Source: an uncultured Planctomycetales bacterium (GTDB taxonomy: Bacteria > Omnitrophota > Gorgyraeia > Zapsychrales > JAHFFX01). Taken from it: 37,452 nt of DNA. A model generated the notes under the pieces. It was not told the origin of the DNA. It worked only from the letters and a program-made list of their open reading frames with translations, and searched no databases. The position numbers were made by a program, and so were the translations under genes. Below, one piece after another: positions 26,981 to 34,089 of this stretch (its first letter is position 1; every line of letters starts with the position of its first letter). The stretch covers positions 1 through 37,452 of the forward strand of contig CAZNDW010000002.1 in NCBI GenBank assembly GCA_964571895.1, in the 5' to 3' direction.

Positions 26981-27065
26981 CCCCCGTTGCTGTCTTGCCT
27001 GCCTGTCGGCCCGCTTCGCAGCGGCGAAGCGAGGCGAGCAGACAGGCGACAGCAAGACGCGGGGG
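26981..27065 (-). terminator. Long C5/G5-capped imperfect palindrome directly after the REC-EAL stop codon
   Basis: CCCCC (26981-26985) pairs with GGGGG (27061-27065). The helical segments are TTGCTGTC/GACAGCAA, GCCTGTC/GACAGGC and GCTTCGC-AGCG-GCGAAGC. On the minus strand it starts right after the TAA stop (27066-27068) and is followed by TTAATCTTTG. Confidence 0.5.
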
Positions 27066-28268
27066 TTAACGGAGGTTTGCCTCCTTGCCGGAGTGCCCCA
27101 TGGCCATGTCGCCAAGATTGATCTGTGCGGTGGGTCTATAAAGGAAATACCCTTGGCCGGCATCGACTCCCAAATCCATCACCGTATCCAAATCCTGCTG
27201 GGTTTCGATCCCTTCGGCAACGGAGATGATATGGCTTTCCTTGCAAAAGGCCACGATAAATTTCACGATGCTTCGACGGAATGGGTCTCTTTTTAGATGC
27301 GAGATGATATGACGATCAATCTTCACCACATCGGGATGGGTCTCAACGATCGACTCTAGACTGGCGTAACCGCCTCCCACATCATCCACCGCCACACCAA
27401 AGCCGCGATTCCGCAGATGCCGCAAACGCTCATAAAAGGTTTTAAAATTGGCAACGGCTGAGCGTTCGGTGATCTCCAAGATGACCTTTTGGACATCCAC
27501 GCGATTCTCGTCAAAAACGGATTTGATCTTAAGGAATTTTTGTGCTTCCACCATATAGGGATTACAGTTCAAGAAAATTTTTGCATCCGATAAGGGATGT
27601 CCCGAGACTAATTTCAAGGCCTTTTTCCAGCACAGCATCTCCAAATCACAGTAAAATCCAAATTGAAGAGCCGCTTTAAAAAGCAATTCCGGATTCGATA
27701 AAGCCGTGCGGGTTGAGGGCCGCGTCAGGACCTCCAGTCCCAACAGTTTGAAGGGTTTTAACAAATAAATGGGCTGGAAAAAGGACTCAATCAATTCCTG
27801 ATCAATGATCTTCCTTATCTCTAAAATAACGATCCCTTTTCCGCGCCCGGATTGATCCATGTCGAAGAATAATCTCCGGCGCATCACCGCTTCCATACGA
27901 GCGAAGAGCTCTTCATTCTCAAAAGGCTTGGTGAGATAATCATCCGCCCCCAGATACAAACCCTCCACCTTGTCTTCAAACAAATACCGGGCGCTCACAA
28001 TAATGATGGGGATGTGGAGGGTGGCTTTTTCTTGTTTGAGACAGCGGCAGAGTTCCAAGCCGTCCAAATCCGGAAGAATGAGATCTAAAAGGATCAGATC
28101 GAAACGGACGGTGGCAACGGTCTTGAGGGCCTCCTGCCCGGTTCTGGCGATATCCACCTGATATCCCCTCATTTGCATAATCATCGCCAGCATTTGGGTT
28201 AACGTACGGTCATCGTCAATGATCAGGACCCGTTTCTTGCTGGAGACCGAAGGATTCATCATGATCAT
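27066..28268 (-). CDS. Response-regulator receiver domain fused to an EAL domain (c-di-GMP phosphodiesterase)
   Basis: 400 aa. The REC domain has [20 protein letters not shown] and K105-type KP. The EAL domain has E-V-L (LEVLTRP), N (LNCN), EITE, DDVGGGY, KIDR, EGIE and QGY, so all catalytic positions appear intact. Confidence 0.85.
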   Translation of the reverse strand: MIMMNPSVSSKKRVLIIDDDRTLTQMLAMIMQMRGYQVDIARTGQEALKTVATVRFDLILLDLILPDLDGLELCRCLKQEKATLHIPIIIVSARYLFEDKVEGLYLGADDYLTKPFENEELFARMEAVMRRRLFFDMDQSGRGKGIVILEIRKIIDQELIESFFQPIYLLKPFKLLGLEVLTRPSTRTALSNPELLFKAALQFGFYCDLEMLCWKKALKLVSGHPLSDAKIFLNCNPYMVEAQKFLKIKSVFDENRVDVQKVILEITERSAVANFKTFYERLRHLRNRGFGVAVDDVGGGYASLESIVETHPDVVKIDRHIISHLKRDPFRRSIVKFIVAFCKESHIISVAEGIETQQDLDTVMDLGVDAGQGYFLYRPTAQINLGDMAMGHSGKEANLR

Positions 28269-28501
28269 AGGCAGTTTCCATCCAAGCAGGAAGCATGACG
28301 TGACTCAAGATGCCTTAAGATGCGGGATTCAATGATACCTAGATAAAGTATAATTTATAAAGGATTGAAAATGCTTGATCTTTTTAGAGATTTTTAATCT
28401 TTTGGAACAGGACGGCTCTTGGGATTGGCTGTATTATCAAAAGGTTACAGTAACAAGCCGCCTTTTAGGAAAGCGTTTTCTCAAAGTGGTTTTGTTTTCC
28501 C

Positions 28502-29053
28502 TTAAAAGGCGGATTTTGAAGAGGAATTCCGAATGTACTGCTCAAAGCAATAACGCAGGGACTGACCGGCAAAGACCGGGGATTGAGATTCTTTTCCCCA
28601 CCCTTTTAAGGAAGGGAAAAATACGTCGCAGTCAAATTTTTCGAGAATTCTGGTCAGATAAATTTTACGGCAATTCCGAGAACCAATCGTCTGGGCAAAA
28701 ATCTCAGAGCCCCCAATCACAAAAACCCTTTCAAACTGATCGTGGATTTCCTGCAGATGATGGAAAAGGGCATCCAGAGAATTCTTCTTTAAAACACCCG
28801 GCGCACCCATGAAATCCTTATTTCTCGTTAAAACACAATTGATGCGATGACGCAAAGGGCGGAATTCTTTAGGCAGCGATTCCCAGGTTTTTCGTCCCAT
28901 AATAACCACATTCCTTTTATCCTTGTCTTGGGTTAAAGAGGTGAGTTCCTTAAAATGTTTAAGATCCGCCGACAGATGCCAAGGAAGGCGGCCGGCCTTC
29001 CCAATGCCACCTTCCACGTCCGTAGCAACCACGATATCAAAAGGGATTTCCAT
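28502..29053 (-). CDS. folA: Dihydrofolate reductase
   Basis: Motifs IVVA.D..GGIGK.G.LPW and VIMGRKTWESLP. I prefer the start at MEIPFD (29053, GAGGT 6 nt upstream). The alternative ATG at 29071 overlaps the thyA stop (TAATG). Confidence 0.85.
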   Translation of the reverse strand: MEIPFDIVVATDVEGGIGKAGRLPWHLSADLKHFKELTSLTQDKDKRNVVIMGRKTWESLPKEFRPLRHRINCVLTRNKDFMGAPGVLKKNSLDALFHHLQEIHDQFERVFVIGGSEIFAQTIGSRNCRKIYLTRILEKFDCDVFFPSLKGWGKESQSPVFAGQSLRYCFEQYIRNSSSKSAF

Positions 29054-29070
29054 CCTCGCACCTCGAACCA

Positions 29071-29886
29071 TTAAACGGCGATGGGAAATTTAATGAAGGG
29101 ATCGTGTTGATAATCGATCAGCTCAATATCTTCAAAGGTTAAATCAAAAAATGGTTTATGGGCAATTTTGATTTGCGGGAGGACTTTGGGTGTCCTCTGC
29201 AATTGAATCTTGAGGCCCTCCGTGTGATTTAAGTAAATATGGGCGTCTCCCAAGGTATGAACAAAAATGCCGGGGGTCAGAGCGCACTCCTTAGCCACCA
29301 TCGTCAACAAGAGCGCATAACTTGAGATATTAAACGGCAAGCCCAGCGCGACGTCCGCGGAGCGCTGATACAGTTGGCAGTCCAAGCGTCTATCCATCAC
29401 ATAAAATTGAAAAAAGGCATGGCACGGGGGAAGGGCCATGCGGTCTAAATCCGCAACATTCCAAGCACTCACCATAATCCGACGAGAATCGGGACTTTTC
29501 TTAATCATCGCAATGGCCATCTTCAGTTGATCGACGTGGATTTTACGGTAAGATTTCTTCTCATCATCCCAAATAAACTTTTCCCACCGACGCCACTGAT
29601 ACCCATAAATCGGCCCCAGTTCCCCTTTGCTGTCAGCCCAGGCATTCCAAATGGGGGTGTATTCTTTGAGTCCATCGTTGATGTTCGTTGCGCCTTTGAT
29701 GAACCACAAAAGCTCCCGCACAACCGCATCAAACAAGATCTTCTTGGTTGTCACGATGGGAAACCCTTCCCGCAGGTCAAATTTCATCTGATACCCGAAA
29801 ACCGAAAGGGCCCCGATCCCGGTTCGGTCCTGTTTGGTCTGGCCATGCTCAAAAATATATTTCACCAAATCAAGATATTGTTTCAT
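29071..29886 (-). CDS. thyA: Thymidylate synthase (ThyA type)
   Basis: MKQYLDL...DRTG.G..S.FG, catalytic Cys context [12 protein letters not shown], and the C-terminus ..PIAV. The start at 29886 gives an ATGA overlap with the apbE stop. The track ORF starts 27 nt further upstream. Confidence 0.95.
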   Translation of the reverse strand: MKQYLDLVKYIFEHGQTKQDRTGIGALSVFGYQMKFDLREGFPIVTTKKILFDAVVRELLWFIKGATNINDGLKEYTPIWNAWADSKGELGPIYGYQWRRWEKFIWDDEKKSYRKIHVDQLKMAIAMIKKSPDSRRIMVSAWNVADLDRMALPPCHAFFQFYVMDRRLDCQLYQRSADVALGLPFNISSYALLLTMVAKECALTPGIFVHTLGDAHIYLNHTEGLKIQLQRTPKVLPQIKIAHKPFFDLTFEDIELIDYQHDPFIKFPIAV

Positions 29887-30926
29887 CGGAAATCTTTGCC
29901 TCGACCCTTCCACTTTTTGATTGTTTGATACCGCTGGCTTTCATGTCTTACCCAATGCTCATCCGGAGCGTGCTCAATCAAAAGACAGGCAAAACCTTCT
30001 CCCAAAGAATCGATGAGGTCGACTCCCCCTCGAGGACTCAGCACGCAAAGCGCCGTGGCCAAGGCATCGGCCTCCTCGGTTGTGGGGGCAATCACGGTTG
30101 CACTCACCACACTCTTGGGCGGATACCCGGTCAGGGGATTCATGATGTGAGACCAGTGTTGATTTTGGATTTCATAGAGTTGTTCGTAATCGCCGGAGGT
30201 TGTCACCGCCTGATTCGAGAGTTCCAGCACCTCCATCATTTCTTGGGGGTCTCGGGGATGGCGAATGCCGATGCGCCAGGGCTTCCCTTCACAATTTTTC
30301 CCGCTCAAGAAAAGATCTCCACCTTCATCGATCAAAAAATCAAGAAATCCGTGTTCCCGTAAAATTCTGACGGCCTCATCCACAGCGTAGCCCCCGGCAA
30401 TCCCTCCCAAATCGATTTTGGTTTCCGGATGCAAGACCTCAACATGGTGATCAGAAAGAAGGGCAATCTTGTCAGACCCCAAGGCCTTTTTGACCTCTTG
30501 AATCTCGGCCTCGGTGGGCAAGGTATTTTGTTTGGCGCTTCTTTTCCAGAATTTTATCAGGGGCCAGACCGTGATATCAAACGCCCCGTGGGTGAGCTTG
30601 TTAAAATGGATGGAATCCGCAATCACTCGATACGTATCGGCGCCTATGAGAACCGGGCTTTGATAAGAGTTATTGACTTTCACGACATCGCTTTTTTCAT
30701 CAAAAACGTTCATTCGCCAATTGATCTCTTCTAATCTTTCCCAAAGCTCGGCAGCCGCTGATTTAAGATCAATCTCCTTTTCTTTATCAAAACAGACTTC
30801 AATTCCAACAACCGTCCCCATGAGATACCGGGAGTCGGTGTATTTTTGAGATCGCTTTCCTGAGGCATGGGGCGAACATCCATTGATCGCTAAAATCATC
30901 AACCCTATCAAAATCTGCCGGCTCAT
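29883..30926 (-). CDS. apbE: FAD:protein FMN transferase (ApbE family) lipoprotein
   Basis: 347 aa with a lipobox (AINGCS), the ApbE motifs MGT.V.I, FD.T and GGIAKGY-like ([10 protein letters not shown]), and a C-terminal T.S.DALATA-type motif ([10 protein letters not shown]). Confidence 0.85.
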   Translation of the reverse strand: MSRQILIGLMILAINGCSPHASGKRSQKYTDSRYLMGTVVGIEVCFDKEKEIDLKSAAAELWERLEEINWRMNVFDEKSDVVKVNNSYQSPVLIGADTYRVIADSIHFNKLTHGAFDITVWPLIKFWKRSAKQNTLPTEAEIQEVKKALGSDKIALLSDHHVEVLHPETKIDLGGIAGGYAVDEAVRILREHGFLDFLIDEGGDLFLSGKNCEGKPWRIGIRHPRDPQEMMEVLELSNQAVTTSGDYEQLYEIQNQHWSHIMNPLTGYPPKSVVSATVIAPTTEEADALATALCVLSPRGGVDLIDSLGEGFACLLIEHAPDEHWVRHESQRYQTIKKWKGRGKDFR

Positions 30927-31387
30927 GTTTTTCTAAAGAAATCTCCGCTTCGACCGCCTGTTTTTTTAAGAAGCTTGACATCGGAAATCACCATGGCTTT
31001 ATCGGCCCACTTCATCATATCATAAATGGTCAAACTCGCCACACATACGGCGGTCAAGGCCTCCATCTCCACTCCCGTCCGGCCCAAACAAATCACTTCA
31101 GCGAGGCATCGCACGCTGTGGCGTTTTTCATCCGTTTCAAATCGGATATTCACATGAGTCAAAGGGAGCGGATGACAGTGGGGAATGATCGCTGCCGTCG
31201 ATTTCGCCGCCAGAATGCCGGCCACCTTGGCCGCTTCCAAGACATCCCCTTTGGGGGATTGGCCTTTGCGGAGTTTTAAGAAGGCCTCGGGACTGAGTTT
31301 GATTTTTGAAGAGGCAACGGCCGTGCGTTTCGTGATGTCCTTGGAACTGACATCCACCATTCCTTGATTGCTGGGGTGATGATTCAT
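30923..31387 (-). CDS. moaC: Cyclic pyranopterin monophosphate synthase accessory protein MoaC
   Basis: 154 aa with MVDVS.K..T.R.A, KGDVL..A...GI.AAK.T...IP.CHPL and GVEMEALTA. It overlaps apbE by 4 nt. Confidence 0.9.
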   Translation of the reverse strand: MNHHPSNQGMVDVSSKDITKRTAVASSKIKLSPEAFLKLRKGQSPKGDVLEAAKVAGILAAKSTAAIIPHCHPLPLTHVNIRFETDEKRHSVRCLAEVICLGRTGVEMEALTAVCVASLTIYDMMKWADKAMVISDVKLLKKTGGRSGDFFRKT

Positions 31388-31430
31388 CTTTTAGGCTCCT
31401 TCTTTCCAGGGAAATACCTGTCTTAAAATT

Positions 31431-31829
31431 TCACATCTCGGATAACCGATGAAAGGGGATGGATTGACGTTGCCTTTTCTTTTCGCCGTGGGTGCGTTTT
31501 TCAGACAGCATCTTTTCTTTAGCCGGTTGCGACCGCTTGCGCGTTTGCCGGCGGAGCTTCTCTATGCCTTGGATCTTTTTCTCAAGAAGATCTTTATTCC
31601 TTTTTTTAATGGCTTCCAAAAGGAGATACCGCGCCCACAGACGGTTCCTGCCTTGGGATCGAAATCGCTGGCATTTGATGTGGACTCCGGTTGGCCGATG
31701 CCTTAAGCTGACACAACTGGAAACTTTATTGACATTCTGTCCTCCGGGCCCGGAGGAACGGATGAAATTCTCCTCAATGTCCTCCTCTTTAATGCCGAGT
31801 CTATGCATCTGGTTTTTAAGTTTCCTCAT
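31431..31829 (-). CDS. arfB: Alternative ribosome-rescue factor ArfB-like peptidyl-tRNA hydrolase (GGQ domain + basic tail)
   Basis: SSGPGGQNVNKV motif and a basic C-terminal tail. The start is set at MRKLKNQ (31829), because the longer track ORF (to 31874) runs through the csp terminator hairpin. Confidence 0.75.
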   Translation of the reverse strand: MRKLKNQMHRLGIKEEDIEENFIRSSGPGGQNVNKVSSCVSLRHRPTGVHIKCQRFRSQGRNRLWARYLLLEAIKKRNKDLLEKKIQGIEKLRRQTRKRSQPAKEKMLSEKRTHGEKKRQRQSIPFHRLSEM

Positions 31830-31838
31830 ACTCAACAC

Positions 31839-31869
31839 AAAAAGACCTGTCCTCAAGACAGGTCTTTTT
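31839..31869 (-). terminator. Intrinsic terminator after the csp gene
   Basis: AAAAAGACCTGTC, loop CTCAA, then GACAGGTCTTTTT. This is a perfect 9-bp GC-containing stem flanked by an A5 and a T5 run, 33 nt past the csp stop. Confidence 0.75.
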
Positions 31870-31901
31870 GCCAATCAAAATCAGCCAGCAATACACAAAA
31901 G

Positions 31902-32102
31902 CTATTTTCTGACCACGTTGGTGGCTTGCTCTCCTTTGTCACCTTTAACAATGTCAAATTCCACTTCCTGACCTTCTTCCAGGGTCTTATAGCCGTCCCC
32001 TTGAATGGCCGAATAATGGACGAAGACATCATTTCCGTTCTCTGGAGTTATAAAACCATACCCTTTTTGATTGTTGAACCATTTGACTTTACCTCTGGCC
32101 AT
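31902..32102 (-). CDS. cspA: Cold-shock protein (CspA family)
   Basis: 66 aa with RNP1 (KGYGFI) and RNP2 (VFVHY). An AAGGAGG Shine-Dalgarno lies 9 nt upstream of the ATG. Confidence 0.95.
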   Translation of the reverse strand: MARGKVKWFNNQKGYGFITPENGNDVFVHYSAIQGDGYKTLEEGQEVEFDIVKGDKGEQATNVVRK

Positions 32103-32161
32103 ACCAACTAACCTCCTTGTACGGTTGTTTCTGAAAAAATCTAGCCCATGAGCAATGGAAA

Positions 32162-32192
32162 ATAAAAAAATCGTGGGACAACCTTACCCACG
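32162..32192 (-). promoter_or_regulatory. Terminator-like hairpin inside the csp 5' leader
   Basis: The minus strand reads CGTGGG-TAAGGTTGT-CCCACG followed by ATTTTTTTATTTT. It lies between the predicted transcription start (~32229) and the csp ATG (32102). Confidence 0.45.
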
Positions 32193-32235
32193 ACGTCCTC
32201 CACTCATTTGCTTTAACCCCGTCATTGCGAGCGTA

Positions 32236-32264
32236 AGTATACCTTTCCCTGGTTTTCCTGTCAA
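32236..32264 (-). promoter_or_regulatory. Near-consensus sigma70 promoter for csp
   Basis: Minus strand: TTGACA (32264-32259), a 17-nt spacer, then TATACT (32241-32236), with an A/T-rich UP-like tract just upstream. This predicts a leader of about 127 nt. Confidence 0.6.
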
Positions 32265-32344
32265 ACATATTTTTTAAAAAATCGTTTCTATGATTCTCTT
32301 AAAAAATGATGGGGATATGAGGCTCTTTCCCCATCTACCCATTC

Positions 32345-32390
32345 GCCAGAAAGCCATGTCCGTAAGGGCATGGATGAATGGCTTTCTGGC
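32345..32390. repeat. Perfect 13-bp inverted repeat hairpin in the csp upstream region
   Basis: GCCAGAAAGCCAT (32345-32357) / ATGGCTTTCTGGC (32378-32390) with a 20-nt loop. A second hairpin, CAGGGT-GAA-ACCCTG (32392-32406), lies directly beside it. Confidence 0.7.
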
Positions 32391-32405
32391 TCAGGGTGAA
32401 ACCCT

Positions 32406-32438
32406 GAAACAAAAGAAACCACGACCGTCAGGTCGTGG
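32406..32438 (-). terminator. Intrinsic terminator after the 32443..33225 gene
   Basis: The minus strand reads CCACGACC-TGAC-GGTCGTGG followed by TTTCTTTTGTTTC, beginning 5 nt after the stop codon. Confidence 0.75.
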
Positions 32439-32442
32439 AGTT

Positions 32443-33225
32443 TCACAAGAGATTGATGACTTCCTTGGGAAGGCGTTTGAGCTCCTGAATGTCCAGAATC
32501 TTGATGGACCACCGTAAAAGTTCAAGTTTCTGTTTCAATCGGGAAGAAGGCTCTTTGATTCCAACCAGCTTTTTGCGGCTTAAAAAGAGGGTCTTGCGTA
32601 AGGTATTAAAAACGATCCTTGCCTCCCGTCTACGGTTATGCCCCGCCTCAATGATATCCACCAAGCCAGCATACGCCAACTCATTGACGGCGTCATTGTA
32701 ATGATCCATCTTTTGAATAAGGACCGGAACCAGGGAGGCAAAATATTGATACCGATCCATAACGCATAACGTGTGCAGGATTTCCACCTCAACGAAAGGA
32801 GAGTTTGTGCGATTCAAGCGCTGCAGTAAAATTTTCTCGATGCGATTTTTTTCTTTAGAAAAGACCTCCAGACTAAAATGCTCCCTAAAAACACGCACAG
32901 CAGCGGCGCCTTTATAGGGAGTTAAGGTGTCGTCTTTAATCATCGCCAAAATCGTTTCTCGGGAGGCGTCCTTATATTTTTGGGTGTAACCCTCTAAGAG
33001 CATCCGATCATCGAAGATCACGGATTGCGACTCCTCCAATTGGGATGGCTGAGCTGTGCTGAGGGGTGATTTTTCCTGGAGGGGCTCCTGTTCAGGAGAG
33101 GGAATCGTTTCTGGCAATGGGGCATCGGTCGATTCGGTGTTGGTGGATTCCGCATGAGTCAACCGAACCGACAAGAACATCATCAGGAAAAAGACAAAAC
33201 AACGAAAACTCCCTAAAGGTCTCAT
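32443..33225 (-). CDS. Secreted hypothetical protein (signal peptide, P/E/S/Q-rich linker, helical C-terminal domain)
   Basis: 260 aa with an N-terminal hydrophobic signal-like segment (FVFFLMMFLSVRLTHA). I recognise no family. An ATGA overlap links it to the nadC stop. Confidence 0.6.
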   Translation of the reverse strand: MRPLGSFRCFVFFLMMFLSVRLTHAESTNTESTDAPLPETIPSPEQEPLQEKSPLSTAQPSQLEESQSVIFDDRMLLEGYTQKYKDASRETILAMIKDDTLTPYKGAAAVRVFREHFSLEVFSKEKNRIEKILLQRLNRTNSPFVEVEILHTLCVMDRYQYFASLVPVLIQKMDHYNDAVNELAYAGLVDIIEAGHNRRREARIVFNTLRKTLFLSRKKLVGIKEPSSRLKQKLELLRWSIKILDIQELKRLPKEVINLL

Positions 33226-34085
33226 TTCAAGAGCTCCAACGACATGTCAATCGATCTCAAAGAGTGCGTGAGGGCCCCCACCGAGATGGCCGCAACTCCG
33301 GTTTGGGCCATCTGCCGGACGTTGCTTAGCTCAATCCCTCCGGAGGCCTCCAGCAAAGGTCTTTCGGTTTTTTTAAAACGACGGGCCAGGCCTAAGGCCT
33401 TTTTAATCTCTCCAATACTCATGTTATCCAACAAAATCATATCCGGTCGAGCCTCGAGGGCTTCTTGGTATTGATGAAGATTCGTCACTTCCACTTCCAC
33501 CGGTTTTGAACTCTGCGACCTGATGCTCCCAATGACTCCGGAAAGATCAACACTCCCTAAGGCGGCTAAATGATTATCTTTAATGAGCACCATCTGATCG
33601 AGGCTGAAGCGATGGTTGTGCCCTCCGCCGCAGCGAACAGCAAAACGCTGGAGCCACCGCAGCGTGGGGATTGTTTTCCGGGTGTCCAGGATAACGGCTT
33701 TATACGGATAAACTTTCTTCACGAACGTTTTGGTTTTCGTCGCAATGCCGGAGAGATGACCCAAAAAATTTAACGCGACCCGCTCGGCGGACAAAATGGC
33801 GCGGGTTTTTCCTCTTAAACGGACGATCACCGTATGGGCCGAGACCTCATCCCCGTCTTTTCTTAAGGGCTTGAAATTCAAATGAGGATCCAATTTTCTA
33901 AAGACCCTTTCGGCGATTTCCAAACCGCAAAGGGTAGCGGCTTCCCTAACAAGAATCACCCCTCGGGAAACCTGCCCCGGGGGAATCAATAAGTCGGTCG
34001 TGATGTCCCTTTGACCAATATCCTCCTTAAGCGCCTGGGAAATAAGTTTGCCCAGATGGGATCTATTCTTCTTGAAGTCCGTCAT
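33222..34085 (-). CDS. nadC: Nicotinate-nucleotide pyrophosphorylase (quinolinate phosphoribosyltransferase)
   Basis: Typical NadC segments are present (L.EDIG..D.T, ER.ALN.L...SGIAT, DTRKT.P..R...K.AV..GGG.NHR..L.D..LIKDNH, EVEV..L, D.I.LDN). The start is set at MTDFKK (34085), 4 nt after the glgP stop. The track ORF extends into glgP. Confidence 0.9.
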   Translation of the reverse strand: MTDFKKNRSHLGKLISQALKEDIGQRDITTDLLIPPGQVSRGVILVREAATLCGLEIAERVFRKLDPHLNFKPLRKDGDEVSAHTVIVRLRGKTRAILSAERVALNFLGHLSGIATKTKTFVKKVYPYKAVILDTRKTIPTLRWLQRFAVRCGGGHNHRFSLDQMVLIKDNHLAALGSVDLSGVIGSIRSQSSKPVEVEVTNLHQYQEALEARPDMILLDNMSIGEIKKALGLARRFKKTERPLLEASGGIELSNVRQMAQTGVAAISVGALTHSLRSIDMSLELLK

Positions 34086-34089
34086 CGCC

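Noticed and set aside
26906-27163. N-terminal 86-codon extension of the glgB ORF in the track (MPAKGISF...).
   Set aside because: The extension overlaps the end of the REC-EAL gene and reads straight through the 85-nt palindrome (giving ...[15 protein letters not shown]...). The conserved GlgB sequence begins at MNDFNSIRK (ATG 26905).
31830-31874. Longer arfB start (MAKRPVLRTGLFVLS...).
   Set aside because: The extra 15 codons are the translation of the csp terminator hairpin (31839-31869). The conserved GGQ-domain protein is complete from MRKLKNQ at 31829.
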